Positions 51,267 to 61,678 of a stretch of 63,698 bases of DNA are shown here, piece by piece. The translations under genes were made by a program, and so were the position numbers. The stretch is from Actinomycetota bacterium (GTDB lineage Bacteria > Actinomycetota > CADDZG01 > JAHWKV01): positions 1 through 63,698 of the forward strand of contig JBHELT010000018.1 of the NCBI GenBank assembly GCA_046262935.1, read 5' to 3'. The notes under the pieces are model-generated. The model searched no databases. It was not told where the DNA came from and saw only the letters and a program-made list of their open reading frames with translations. The first letter of the stretch is position 1. Every line of letters begins with the position of its first letter.

Positions 51267-52160
51267 ATGTCGCACATGTTTGAAACAACCTCCCGATCTA
51301 CCCACGTCTTCGAATCATTCGACCGGACGAAGATCGAATATCGGATGTGGGGACAGCCTACCGAAAGAACCACGGTGGTTTGTTGTTCAGGCATCGCTTG
51401 CGACGATGTCTACTGGACGTTCCTCGCTCCGGAGCTGGGTCATGACCGACTTGTCATCACCTGGGACTACCCATTTCACGGTTCATCTGGTCCGCCTGGG
51501 GACCCAAGCGAGATAAGGGTCGAATCGTTGGCAAGACATGCCGGTTGCGTCATGGAGAAAGCTGGGGTTGAGAGGGCAGCGATCATCGGTCATTCCATGG
51601 GGGTCCAGGTCGCCTTCGAGGTGCTTCGTTCATATCGCGATCGCGTTGCAGCCCTCATCCCTATCGCTGGGCCGTTCGCCAACACTGTAGGGAGTCTGTA
51701 TGGAACCAACATGGGGGTTGGCTTGCTGAAGCTGTTGGAGAAACTGGCCGAGATCAATCCTTCGGTCGCCGACGTTGTCTGGCGACTGTCCACGACTCCC
51801 GCTGTCGCCGACCCGGTGGGACGCTTCGCGGGACTGATCGGTCACGCTCCTGTTGACCTGATGGCGCGATACCTGACTCATCTAGGTCACTTCGATCCGG
51901 GCTCTTTGTTCGCGATGTTCAGAGCTGGCCACGAACACTCAGCTGAAGATCTGCTGGGTGATATCGATGTTCCTGTGCTGATCTTGCACGGGACCGCTGA
52001 CGTTATGAGTCCCATATGGCAGGCTCAAACGATGGCAGAACGCGTACCAGGCGCTGAACTGGTTGCCGTTCAAGGAGGGGCTCACACACTTCCGATCGAA
52101 GACCCAGGGTTCATCAACGATCAGATCCGCCGTTTCTTAGTATCGCGCGTCGATGCCTGA
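51267..52160 (+). CDS. Alpha/beta hydrolase
   Basis: GHSMG nucleophile, G..D, GAH. Confidence 0.9.
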   Translation: MSHMFETTSRSTHVFESFDRTKIEYRMWGQPTERTTVVCCSGIACDDVYWTFLAPELGHDRLVITWDYPFHGSSGPPGDPSEIRVESLARHAGCVMEKAGVERAAIIGHSMGVQVAFEVLRSYRDRVAALIPIAGPFANTVGSLYGTNMGVGLLKLLEKLAEINPSVADVVWRLSTTPAVADPVGRFAGLIGHAPVDLMARYLTHLGHFDPGSLFAMFRAGHEHSAEDLLGDIDVPVLILHGTADVMSPIWQAQTMAERVPGAELVAVQGGAHTLPIEDPGFINDQIRRFLVSRVDA

Positions 52161-52172
52161 TTCAGTTAGTTC

Positions 52173-52595
52173 CTAGGAAACTTCTATCTCCGCTCGCATC
52201 TGGTTATGGATCTTGCAGAAATACTTGAAGGTCCCCGCCGCTTCGAACTTGAAGGACTTCTTACCGCTCGCGTCGAGGGTCAGGTCGAACTTGTTGTCGG
52301 GGGCATCGGGCGTTCCCGAAGTAACCGTGTGCATGAAACTGTCCTTGTTTGTCCAGGTGACTTCTGCGCCGACCGAAGCCTTGAGCGTGGTCGGCGAAAA
52401 ACTTACGTCTTTGATGGTCACTGCATCGCCTGAACCCGAAGATTCCTTTGCGGTTCCGCCCGTGTTGTACTCGTTTGAGGTCTTGTAACCCGAATCCGAA
52501 TCGCCCTTTGACGAATCACTGTTGTAGCCCTTCTTGGCACACGCCCCGGCGACCAGGGCGACCACCGCAAGCGCGATCACAAACTTCTTAGTCAC
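52173..52595 (-). CDS. Cupredoxin/plastocyanin-like lipoprotein
   Basis: Lipobox AGAC; HTVT and YFCKIH..M copper ligands. Confidence 0.88.
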   Translation of the reverse strand: MTKKFVIALAVVALVAGACAKKGYNSDSSKGDSDSGYKTSNEYNTGGTAKESSGSGDAVTIKDVSFSPTTLKASVGAEVTWTNKDSFMHTVTSGTPDAPDNKFDLTLDASGKKSFKFEAAGTFKYFCKIHNQMRAEIEVS

Positions 52596-52604
52596 TGCGA
52601 CCTC

Positions 52605-53330
52605 CTACTCTTCTCCTAGATACGATTTCCGGACCTTATCGTTATTCAGCAGATCGTCACCCGAGCCTTCGAGAGTTATCTCACCGGATTCAATCACATA
52701 ACCGCGGTCGGCCAGCCTTAATGACTGGTGGGCATTCTGTTCGACAAGCAAGATGGTCGTGCCCTGTTGCTTTATCTGCGCGATTATTTCGAAGATCTGC
52801 TTGACCAACAAAGGTGCCAGCCCCATCGATGGTTCATCCAGCAGAAGCAACTTGGGCCGCGCCATCAAAGCTCGTCCGATCGCCAGCATCTGCTGTTCGC
52901 CACCGGAGAGCGTTCCTGCAGGCTGTCGTTTACGATCGTCCAGCACTTCGAACAATCCGTAAACGCGCTCGTAGTCACTCGCGATCGCGCTCTTGTCTCT
53001 GCGACTGTACGCGCCCATCGCTAGGTTCTCTTGCACCGACATGCCAGGGAAGACTCCTCTGCCCTCAGGTGACTGACTGACGCCCATCTTCACGATCTGG
53101 TGGGGCGCTTTGTGAGCGATCGGGATCCCGCCGAAGGTTATGGTCCCCGACCATGCCGGCTGGACACCTGATATGGCCTTCAGGGTTGTGGTTTTGCCGG
53201 CCCCATTGGCGCCGATGAGGGTCACGACCTCCCCTTCACCAACCGACAGCGATATCCCACGCACCGCCTCGACCACTCCGTAGCGAACACTCAGGTCTTG
53301 CACTTGCAAGATCGCCACATCAGGCGGCAT
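52605..53330 (-). CDS. livF: Branched-chain amino acid ABC ATPase
   Basis: GANGAGKT, LSGGEQQML, DEPSMGLAP. Confidence 0.95.
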   Translation of the reverse strand: MPPDVAILQVQDLSVRYGVVEAVRGISLSVGEGEVVTLIGANGAGKTTTLKAISGVQPAWSGTITFGGIPIAHKAPHQIVKMGVSQSPEGRGVFPGMSVQENLAMGAYSRRDKSAIASDYERVYGLFEVLDDRKRQPAGTLSGGEQQMLAIGRALMARPKLLLLDEPSMGLAPLLVKQIFEIIAQIKQQGTTILLVEQNAHQSLRLADRGYVIESGEITLEGSGDDLLNNDKVRKSYLGEE

Positions 53331-54099
53331 CTGAAGGTTCCCCAAGGTAAGCCGCTATCACAGACGGATCTCCTTGCACCTCAGATGGCAACCCTTCGGC
53401 GATCTTCTTGCCGAAGTTGAGCACCGTAACGCGATCGGAGATACCCATCACGACCTTCATGTCGTGTTCGATCAACAGGATGGTCAGTCCCGTGTCGCGC
53501 ACTTCGCGGATCAAAGACATGAGCGATCTCTTCTCGGATGGGTTCATGCCGGCAGCAGGTTCGTCTAGAAGCAACAGTCTTGGTTTGGTGGCCATCGCTC
53601 TTGCGATCTCGAGGCGGCGTTGATCTCCGTACGCCAGGTTGCGCGAAACCTCATTCGCCCGCTTCTTGATACCCATGAAGTCAAGTAGCGCGAGCGATTG
53701 CATCTTGCCGTCTGTTTCTTCCCTTCGGTGGCGCGGCCCACGAGTGAGGGCACCTAAAACGCTAGTTCGATGGTGGGCGTCGGCGCCCACGAGAACATTT
53801 TCGATAGCTGTCATGTTCGGGAACAACCTGATGTTCTGAAAGGTGCGTGCGATACCGGCTTTGGTCACCTGGTGCGGCTTTAAGCCAAGCATCGACTTGC
53901 CTGCCAGCATGATCGAGCCTTCGTCCGGTGCGGATACGCCGGTCACTACATTGAACAAGGTTGTCTTGCCGGCACCGTTTGGTCCGATCACAGCATGGAT
54001 CTGTCCTTCATCGACATCGAGATCGACACCCGATAAAGCATGCAGGCCACCGAACGAGATGCCACATCGCGAAACCCGAAGCAGGACCGATTCAGACAT
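53320..54099 (-). CDS. livG: Branched-chain amino acid ABC ATPase
   Basis: GPNGAGKT, RTFQNIRLF, LAYGDQRRLE, DEPAAG. Confidence 0.95.
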   Translation of the reverse strand: MSESVLLRVSRCGISFGGLHALSGVDLDVDEGQIHAVIGPNGAGKTTLFNVVTGVSAPDEGSIMLAGKSMLGLKPHQVTKAGIARTFQNIRLFPNMTAIENVLVGADAHHRTSVLGALTRGPRHRREETDGKMQSLALLDFMGIKKRANEVSRNLAYGDQRRLEIARAMATKPRLLLLDEPAAGMNPSEKRSLMSLIREVRDTGLTILLIEHDMKVVMGISDRVTVLNFGKKIAEGLPSEVQGDPSVIAAYLGEPSDAA

Positions 54100-55198
54100 C
54101 TTCGCGGCTTCCGGTAACCACGGTCGCTCCGATCGCGGAGGAGCCGGTTGCCTCTGCCAGCTCGGCGGCACGTCTTCGGCTTGGCAGCAGGCCCTGTGGG
54201 CGGAAGATCATCATCACGATGATGGCCAAGCCGAACAGGAACACCCTGAAGTCCGTGATGTTAGAAGCGGTCGCACCCAGGACCGTGTTCAGGAAGTTCT
54301 TGATAGCCTCCCCAGCCGCTGCGTCTCGCAGATATTCCGGCAAGAAGGCGATCGCGAATGCCCCCGCAACGACACCCGGTATCGAGCCCATCCCACCCAG
54401 AACGACCGCCGACAAGATGAAGATCGAAACGAACAACGTGAAATCGTCGGGGTTGATATAGCCAACCTTGGTGGCGTACATCCACCCTCCCAATCCCCCC
54501 GTGGTGGCCCCGATCGCGAATGCCCAGAGTTTCATCTTGAACGTGGGGACCCCCATCGCTTCGGCAGCATCTTCATCCTCTCGGATCGCTGCCCATGCGC
54601 GGCCAACCCGTGAGCGGTTGAGTGCAACCACCATGGCTATCGCGATGGTGATGGCCGCGAGCGAGATGTAGTAATAGGGCAAAGGATCGAACCTGAACTC
54701 GAATCCCGCGATGGCCGGTGGATGCGGGATCCCCACGATGCCCCGCGCTTGGCCGAGTGCCGGGGTGTTGAGCGCGATGATTCGAACGATCTCACCGAAA
54801 CCCAACGTGACGATCGCAAGGTAGTCGCCGCGAAGTCGAAGGGTTGGCGCGCCAAGCACCAAACCAGCGACCATCGCTATCAAGATCGCTGGAACGATCG
54901 CTTCCCATCCGTTCAGTCCCACTCCCAGCGTCAACTTCGCCGTCGAGTACGCTCCCACCGCGAAGAACGCTACGTAGCCAAGATCCAGCAAGCCCGCCTG
55001 CCCAACCACGACGTTCAGGCCTAACGCGAGCACGATGAACAGGCCAACGGGGTTGAAAAGTACGCCCTGCCAGTACTTCGGAAGGGTCGTTGGATACAAG
55101 ATCGCGAAGGCCATGAGCGCGATGATGATGGCGAGTTTCATCCATGGTGCCCGTGACGCCCACCAGCGCGCGACCGGATCGACTATGACGAGCCTCAT
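54092..55198 (-). CDS. livM: Branched-chain amino acid ABC permease
   Basis: GLLDLGYVAF, LRLRGDYLAIVTLGFGE. Confidence 0.95.
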   Translation of the reverse strand: MRLVIVDPVARWWASRAPWMKLAIIIALMAFAILYPTTLPKYWQGVLFNPVGLFIVLALGLNVVVGQAGLLDLGYVAFFAVGAYSTAKLTLGVGLNGWEAIVPAILIAMVAGLVLGAPTLRLRGDYLAIVTLGFGEIVRIIALNTPALGQARGIVGIPHPPAIAGFEFRFDPLPYYYISLAAITIAIAMVVALNRSRVGRAWAAIREDEDAAEAMGVPTFKMKLWAFAIGATTGGLGGWMYATKVGYINPDDFTLFVSIFILSAVVLGGMGSIPGVVAGAFAIAFLPEYLRDAAAGEAIKNFLNTVLGATASNITDFRVFLFGLAIIVMMIFRPQGLLPSRRRAAELAEATGSSAIGATVVTGSREDV

Positions 55199-56151
55199 GC
55201 TCGGGCCTTACCTAGACTCTCGCCCAACAGGCCAGTGGGTCTTATGAGCAGCACCAGCACTAATACCGCGAACGCGAATACGTCTTTCCATTGACCACCA
55301 AGTACCGCGGAGCCGTAGTTCTCGAGCAGGCCCAGCATCAATCCCCCGACGAGGGCCCCCCTTATGTTGCCGATGCCCCCGAGTACCGCTGCAGTGAACG
55401 CCTTGATCCCCGGCGTGAACCCGATATTGAAGCGAGCTTGCTCGAAGAAGATGCCAAATAACGTTCCCGCACCTCCGGCCAACAGACCTCCCAAGAAGAA
55501 GGTAAGAGTGATGACCCGATCGATATTCACTCCCATCAACGCTGCTGTTTCGGGGTTCTGCGCAGTTGCCCTGATCCCCCGGCCGAGCCGCGACTTCGCG
55601 ACGAACCTTTCGAGTGCGAACATCAGAACGAACGCCGAGACAACCACGAGTAGCTTGTCTGTTCTAACATCGGCTCCTGCTAAAGAGAAGATCTGCTTCT
55701 TCTCTAGGATGCGCGGGAACGGAAGGAATTCGCGACCGTACCTAAGGGCGAACAGTTCTTGTAGAAACAGCGAGACTCCGATAGCAGTGATCAAAGCCGC
55801 AAGACGCGGCGCGTTCCTTTTGCGAAGCGGACGGTAAGCAACCCTTTCGACGATGACCGCGGCCGTTCCTGACGAGAGCATTGCAACGGACATCATCAAT
55901 AAGATCGTGCCGGTAAGCGCCGCTCCGGCCAAGGGATCCGCTGAAGTTGCGATGCCAAGCGCTCTAACCGTGAACAGGCTCCCGAAAACGCCGATCATGA
56001 ATATCTCGGAGTGAGCGAAGTTGATCAGACGCAAGACACCGTAGACCAGGGTGTAACCAAGCGCGATCAGCGCATAGATCGCCCCGAGGGTCAAGCCATC
56101 GACGGTCTGCGGCCAGAATTGTCGAGCCAAACATTCGAAGCAGGAGTGGAT
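55195..56151 (-). CDS. livH: Branched-chain amino acid ABC permease (ATC 56151 or TTG 56130 start)
   Basis: GAIYALIALGYTLVYG..INFAH, AAVLGGIG. Confidence 0.95.
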   Translation of the reverse strand: MHSCFECLARQFWPQTVDGLTLGAIYALIALGYTLVYGVLRLINFAHSEIFMIGVFGSLFTVRALGIATSADPLAGAALTGTILLMMSVAMLSSGTAAVIVERVAYRPLRKRNAPRLAALITAIGVSLFLQELFALRYGREFLPFPRILEKKQIFSLAGADVRTDKLLVVVSAFVLMFALERFVAKSRLGRGIRATAQNPETAALMGVNIDRVITLTFFLGGLLAGGAGTLFGIFFEQARFNIGFTPGIKAFTAAVLGGIGNIRGALVGGLMLGLLENYGSAVLGGQWKDVFAFAVLVLVLLIRPTGLLGESLGKARA

Positions 56152-56170
56152 GTGCGCCTCCTTATCGAAA

Positions 56171-56194
56171 CGGCCGGGGAATCATCCCCGGCCG
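56171..56194 (-). terminator. Hairpin after livK
   Basis: CGGCCGGGGA...TCCCCGGCCG followed by TTT on minus. Confidence 0.6.
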
Positions 56195-56214
56195 CCTCAT
56201 TCCAATAGCTTTTG

Positions 56215-57402
56215 TTACTTAGTCAATTGATCGATGGTCCCCAAGTTAACGATCTTGCCGTTCTTGACTTCATAGGCGAAGACCTCGCCGCTCTTCACGT
56301 TGCCGTTTGGAAGGATCTCGAGCTTCTTAGAGATACCATCGAAGGTTGTGATCCCCTCTACGAATCTTAGGAGCGACGACCGGGTTTTGTTCCCTTTGCG
56401 GATCCCGTCGATGAAGATGTTCGCAGCATCGAATCCTTCGGTCGAGTAAGTACCTGCGTTCTTCCCCAGCGACTTCTTGAAGTCCTTGGCGAACTTACCT
56501 AGGGCCCCTGGCGCATCGGTTGTTGCGAGTTTGCAAGCGCATGTGAGCACTGCGCCTTCAGCGCCTTTGGCGCCCGCACCTTCGACGAAGCCCACATCGA
56601 GCGAACCGTCACCGCTCACGAACTTGCCCTTGTATCCGGCGTCTCGCAACTGCTTGGCGAGCCTGCCCGATTCTGCGTAATACCCACCGTAGAAGACCCC
56701 ATCGGGCTGTGGATTGGCGCCCACGACTTTGTTGACCACAGCGGAATAGTCCTGCGAATTGGGATCGACTGCATCGGTGAACGCTTCTGAGACGCCCGCA
56801 CCTTTAAGAAGATCGCGCGTGCCTTCGGCGACAGCCTTTCCATAATCGGAATTGTCGTGGATGAAGGCCATGGTCTTGAGCTTCAAGACCTTGGTCACGT
56901 AATCTGAAACGCCCTTGCCCTGGATGTCGTCATCCGGGATGAGTCTGTGGAATACGGTCTCGGTTGGGATGATGGTTGGCAGTTGTACATTGGTCGCCGA
57001 TGGACTGATCATCACAAGCCCGGCTTCTTCGAGTGATGGAATTATGGCCTTCGTTTCGCCTGAAAAGATCGGACCAACTATGCCGATGATCTCAGCATCG
57101 TTGATGAACTGATCCTTCAAAGTGCTTGCCTGACTCCCTGAACCTTGAGTGTCGAATTCTTTCAGTTCCAATTTCACGTCGAGGTCCCCAGCTGCATTGG
57201 CTTGGTCCACGGCGAGCTTTACGCCATTTAGTGCATTCAAGCCCAGGTTGGCAAGGGAACCCGTTTTAGGCCCCACGAATGCGATCGCGACCGTCTTTTT
57301 CTCAGAGGCTGTTTCCCCTGTTTTGGCTTTTTTCGTGCACCCTGCTGCGACCAGCATCAGAGCCATCGCAAGTATGAAGAAAGACATCGAGCGTTTTTTC
57401 AT
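56215..57402 (-). CDS. livK: Branched-chain amino acid ABC substrate-binding lipoprotein
   Basis: Lipobox AAGC; VGPIFSG, SPSAT, DNSDYG, SGDG. Confidence 0.9.
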   Translation of the reverse strand: MKKRSMSFFILAMALMLVAAGCTKKAKTGETASEKKTVAIAFVGPKTGSLANLGLNALNGVKLAVDQANAAGDLDVKLELKEFDTQGSGSQASTLKDQFINDAEIIGIVGPIFSGETKAIIPSLEEAGLVMISPSATNVQLPTIIPTETVFHRLIPDDDIQGKGVSDYVTKVLKLKTMAFIHDNSDYGKAVAEGTRDLLKGAGVSEAFTDAVDPNSQDYSAVVNKVVGANPQPDGVFYGGYYAESGRLAKQLRDAGYKGKFVSGDGSLDVGFVEGAGAKGAEGAVLTCACKLATTDAPGALGKFAKDFKKSLGKNAGTYSTEGFDAANIFIDGIRKGNKTRSSLLRFVEGITTFDGISKKLEILPNGNVKSGEVFAYEVKNGKIVNLGTIDQLTK

Positions 57403-57492
57403 GCTTCATTTCCCCTTTCGATCAGCGGTCCGGCTTGGGTTATTACAAGCCTGCGGATTCTACTCAAATCGGATACCTATTCAACAGCATCG

Positions 57493-58593
57493 TCAGCCTG
57501 AGAACGACCCTGTAAGGCGCCAAGCGCCATTCTGCGACTCATAAACCCACACCGGTGCCTTGGGCACCTCTCCCGACTCGGAGTAGTCGTATGACTTGGA
57601 ATCTCCCAGGAAGCTGGGGTTCAGCCGAAAGAAAGAGCTGACATCATCGGGTTTGGGGGCAACCTCTTGCACCGCCTCGAGCAACATCAAGGCTGCTTCG
57701 TAAGCCTCGACCGCATACGGCGTTGGCGCGACCGTGAATCGTTCCTGGAAAGTAGCGGAGAAATCGGCAACTGCTTGGTCAGCGGGATCTGCTTGCGGTT
57801 GATCGGAGATCAAGCCCGTAAGGGCCTTATCCGCCGGGGTTGCCCGCGCTTCGTGAGACATGAACAAAGGCCCTTTGTAACCAGCCTTGCGAAGTGACGC
57901 CACAACATCGAGCCCTTTCTTGGCGGCTCCGCAATAGATGATGCCTGCGGGGGCAGCCGACATGACTCCCGCGCTGAAAGCTTTCAGGTCGAGCTTCGCG
58001 GGAAGGACCTCGGCGCGGGTCACGGTTCTCTTCTTGCCTTCCAGGACCGCCTTCGCTGCATCGGCGATCGGGGCTCCCGCTTGTCCATCATTGAAGATGT
58101 CGATCGGCCCGTCGGTCCTTCGGTAAGCGAGGGTCCCAAGTAGCTGCCCTTCGCGCGAATCGTTGGCGATCATGCGCCGGAAACCTTTCCATCCGGGTTG
58201 CGGGATCGAATTCGATGAAACACTTGGCACGAGGAATGGCATCTGGGCTGGCTCGAACGAACCAGCGGCTGACACGACTTCGGCCCCCGATAGGGGGCCG
58301 ATCACACCAACGACATGGTCGGTCTTGACGAGTGCGTCTGCTGCTTGTTTGGCTCCCTCTGGTGTCCCCTTCGAATCGAATTGCCGCAGTTCGGCCTCGA
58401 AGATGGAGTCTTTCTTTTCGTTGTATTCCCTAAGCGCTACTTGGATGCCCCTGGTTACTGAAGTACCGACAGCCGCGTCGCTACCAACGATCGCTCCGAT
58501 GAGGATGCGGTCCTTTCCGGTCTGAACGGTCGGCTGTGCCCCGCATGCGGCTGCGAAAAGCAAGATCGACAGCGAACAGATCAGTTTGCGGAT
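57493..58593 (-). CDS. Second LivJ/K-like binding lipoprotein (probable ATC start)
   Basis: VIGPLSG, RMIAND, AYEA; ATC 58593 gives signal peptide MRKLICSLSILLFAAAC. Confidence 0.82.
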   Translation of the reverse strand: MRKLICSLSILLFAAACGAQPTVQTGKDRILIGAIVGSDAAVGTSVTRGIQVALREYNEKKDSIFEAELRQFDSKGTPEGAKQAADALVKTDHVVGVIGPLSGAEVVSAAGSFEPAQMPFLVPSVSSNSIPQPGWKGFRRMIANDSREGQLLGTLAYRRTDGPIDIFNDGQAGAPIADAAKAVLEGKKRTVTRAEVLPAKLDLKAFSAGVMSAAPAGIIYCGAAKKGLDVVASLRKAGYKGPLFMSHEARATPADKALTGLISDQPQADPADQAVADFSATFQERFTVAPTPYAVEAYEAALMLLEAVQEVAPKPDDVSSFFRLNPSFLGDSKSYDYSESGEVPKAPVWVYESQNGAWRLTGSFSG

Positions 58594-59177
58594 GGGGGCC
58601 CCTCGAGGATCTGCTCGGCGACCTGCTTCATCGTTTTGCGTTGTTGCATCGCGGTTTTCTGGATGAAACGGAAGGCCTCGTGCTCCGACGACCCCTCGGT
58701 TTGCATGATCATGCCTTTGGCACGTTCGACGATCTTCCTCGTCAGAAGTCTCTCATTCAGGTCGCGCGACTCATCGGCGAGAGCGCGCGCCTCTGCCCAT
58801 CTGGCGATCGCAAGTTCTATCGCAGGCACCAGGTCTGTTTGATCGAAAGGCTTCACCAGATAGGCCATCGCGCCGGTCTTGGTCGCTTTCTCAACCAGGT
58901 CTCGCTGGCTGAACGCGGTCAGGATCAGCACGGCCGACAGTTCCTTCTCCGAGATCCTGGAGGCGGCGGTGAGGCCGTCCATGCCTGGCATGAAGATGTC
59001 GAGGATCACCAGGTCGGGCCGAAGATCCAGGGCCAGGTTGACGGCAGTCTCTCCGTCGCCGGCCTCGCCGACAACGTCGTAGCCAGCCTCTTGAAGCATC
59101 TCTTTGAGGTCGAGCCTGATTATCGCCTCATCTTCGGCGATCACTATGCGTGTTGGGGTTTGCATGACGCCTACCAT
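58581..59177 (-). CDS. pdtaR: ANTAR-domain response regulator (PdtaR-like)
   Basis: AEDEAIIRLDL receiver plus RKIVERAKG..M...E.EAF ANTAR domain; next to tRNA-Leu. Confidence 0.88.
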   Translation of the reverse strand: MVGVMQTPTRIVIAEDEAIIRLDLKEMLQEAGYDVVGEAGDGETAVNLALDLRPDLVILDIFMPGMDGLTAASRISEKELSAVLILTAFSQRDLVEKATKTGAMAYLVKPFDQTDLVPAIELAIARWAEARALADESRDLNERLLTRKIVERAKGMIMQTEGSSEHEAFRFIQKTAMQQRKTMKQVAEQILEGPPSAN

Positions 59178-59189
59178 AACAGCGGCTTA

Positions 59190-59462
59190 CTAGAGCATCT
59201 CGTCTAACAATGCGTCTTGTTTCTTGCGGATTTCCGTGACCTCTGCCAGCAGTGCGTCACGCTGGCGGGTGTGCCGATCGAAGTCGGCTTTGGCCTCTTG
59301 ATGGGACCTGCGGCTGAGCGGATCGGCCTGCACAGCCAGATCGACTTCGGCACGGTCCAAGACCTCGGAATAATGGACAAGCTGTTCGTCGGCAACCGCG
59401 ATCTCAGTTTTCAGTTCCTCCAGACGCCTGGACAGTTCCTCGAGTTTCTTGTCGGCTCGCAT
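59190..59462 (-). CDS. Hypothetical coiled-coil protein
   Basis: 90-aa heptad-rich ORF upstream of pdtaR. Confidence 0.7.
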   Translation of the reverse strand: MRADKKLEELSRRLEELKTEIAVADEQLVHYSEVLDRAEVDLAVQADPLSRRSHQEAKADFDRHTRQRDALLAEVTEIRKKQDALLDEML

Positions 59463-59557
59463 ATCACGATTATCTGCTGAACCAAGTACTCATCGACACC
59501 AGCCCTGCCTCAGGACCAACTCCATTTCGTCAGGTTTCGCGTAAACTTCGCACCACG

Positions 59558-59643
59558 GCCCGGGTGATGGAATGGTAGACGTGATCGCCTCAAAAGCGAT
59601 TGGGCGACAGCCCGTGGGGGTTCGACTCCCCCCCCGGGCACCA
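59558..59643 (+). tRNA. tRNA-Leu (anticodon CAA)
   Basis: GCCCGGG/CCCGGGC acceptor, ATCGC-CTCAAAA-GCGAT, long variable arm, TTCGA, encoded CCA. Confidence 0.96.
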
Positions 59644-59863
59644 TTGCTGCCTTATTCAACCCGCCATGTGAACAAAGAATCTCAAACACTTCCGTGAACT
59701 CTTTCCAAGCGACCTTTCCGTCTCGGACTTATACGCCTTTCACAACGGCCTGATTGAAGGGGCGACGGACTTGGGCCTGGCTTTGAGGTCTTTGGCGTCT
59801 TTTGTCGAACTCGGATGGATGAGTTGCCTCCCGGGACGATTGTGCCTACAATTGTGGCTACCT

Positions 59864-60121
59864 ATGTCAATCGGTATCAGAGACCTCAAGAACCGAGCCT
59901 CGGAGATCCTTAGGAAGCTCGAGGAGGGGAAGATCCCCTTGGTTATCACGCGACATGGCCGCCCGAGTGCTCTGATCCTGCCGATCGACTCCCCCGAAGC
60001 TGAGGACTACGTGCTTGCCCATGCTCCAAGCATCGTGGATTCTTTGCGCGAAGCTGATTCTGATTTCCGTGCGGGCAAGACGGTCAGTCTGCGAGCTTAT
60101 AAACGTCAAAGAGGTCTCTAG
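59864..60121 (+). CDS. Phd/YefM family antitoxin
   Basis: IGIRDLKNRASEIL...VITRHGRP.A. Confidence 0.88.
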   Translation: MSIGIRDLKNRASEILRKLEEGKIPLVITRHGRPSALILPIDSPEAEDYVLAHAPSIVDSLREADSDFRAGKTVSLRAYKRQRGL

Positions 60122-60124
60122 GGT

Positions 60125-60403
60125 TTGGCTGAGGTTCGCCTTAGTCGCAGAGCCGTAAAAGACCTAGACGCCCTTACGAAGAGTAGGGCTCGCAATTTGG
60201 TCGACGCGATTGAGAAGCTGGGCGCGAATCCATCCGATCCGCAACTTGACATCAAGGTCCTGATGGGTCACCGCCCCTGGCGCCGACTTCGGGTTGGAAA
60301 TCATCGAGTGCTGTTCAGGATGGCAGACGGACAGAAGGTTCTAATCGTCGGCCGGGTCATCGATCGTAAGGAACTTGCTCAGGCTGCTCAGAGCCTGGAT
60401 TGA
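60125..60403 (+). CDS. RelE/ParE family toxin
   Basis: VRLSRRAVKDL...RRLRVGNHRVLF; follows the antitoxin. Confidence 0.85.
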   Translation: MAEVRLSRRAVKDLDALTKSRARNLVDAIEKLGANPSDPQLDIKVLMGHRPWRRLRVGNHRVLFRMADGQKVLIVGRVIDRKELAQAAQSLD

Positions 60404-60415
60404 AGCGTTTGAATA

Positions 60416-61380
60416 GTGACCCGAACGCTGATCAAGACCTCACTTACGAGCGCACTCCTTCTGCTTATCGCGTATGGCCGCTATTCATTCATCTCGAGCC
60501 GAGTCGTCCACGCTCGGATCGAATCCCATAAACGTCCCGTGGCCGAGGTAGGATTCCTGTTGCACACCCAGCAGTACACGCGGAGTTTTCGGGAATCAAC
60601 CCAGGGCTTGACCTTGGCGCCGACGATCCGGGAAGCGCGCTTGTACGCGGCACCTCAAACACCTCCGCTGAGCAGATTAATCTGCGATGGAACCTCTTCG
60701 GTCGTCTCAAGGTAGAAGGCCATGTTGGCCAGTCACTCCTGGAGCGCTTATCCGATAGTGAGGCACCCCAAGACAAGGCTGCAGCCTTAGCGGTTATGGC
60801 CAAATTGCCCGAAGGTTTCTCGGTTGCGGGGTCGATCGAGTTAACCCGACCCATGAGCCTTGAGGAGTTCAAAAGCCTTCGGATTCCCTTACACATCTGC
60901 TACACAGCCCGTGAGCAAAAGGAGCTTCAAACTTGGTTCTTTGCGCCGGGTCAAGTTTTGGACGACAGCAGATGCAATCTAACTTCGGATTACCGAACGA
61001 TGGACTCCGGGAGAGTCGTTCATCTTGGTCCAATCTACCTAGAGCCGGTCGATGATGTGCGAGCTAAAGATGCCCAAGCAGTGGCTATGCGGATTCATTT
61101 GAAAGACTGGAATTCGTTGATCGGCCATCGTCTCTCTTGGCCCAACCCTTTCCTGGTGGGATTCAAAGAATGGGTGGGCTCGCTAACCCATAGTGACGAT
61201 CATGACCTCCGTGAGTTGGAGTTACCGAACTCCCAGCACATAAAGGCTGTTGCCAGGAGTCCTATGGTGTATGGGTTCGTGGTTGATTCAGCGAGCAAAG
61301 CTGCAATGCTGTCGATCCTTGACGATTCAGCAATCAAAGGAGCGGCAATCTCCGATGCATCGTTCAGACTGGAACCGTAG
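60416..61380 (+). pseudogene. Membrane-anchored hypothetical protein, apparently split by a frameshift
   Basis: The frame of 60796..61380 is open from 60532 without a start; ORF 60416 supplies a TM N-terminus; one extra base near 60559 joins them. Confidence 0.5.
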
Positions 61381-61678
61381 GATCGAGGACATGATGCATT
61401 CGGATTCAGTTCAACCAAGTCTTAGCGATACGCCGCTCCTGAACGCCGGACCAAGTCCTCCTTCATTGACGATCGAGTCCATCAACTGAGACTGATGCCG
61501 AGTAGGTTCGCGTTCCCCCCGGTCGCAGTTCGTCGCCGCGTAGGCTAGAGAATTGCAAACCGCCATCGTTCCATTCCCCATGTGCCCCAAATAGCCGAGC
61601 TTCGACTGGGCGAACGAGTAGGAACTATCTTCGTTCCAGTCGTTGCCCTCGACAGATGGTGAATCGCCTGCAGGACAG

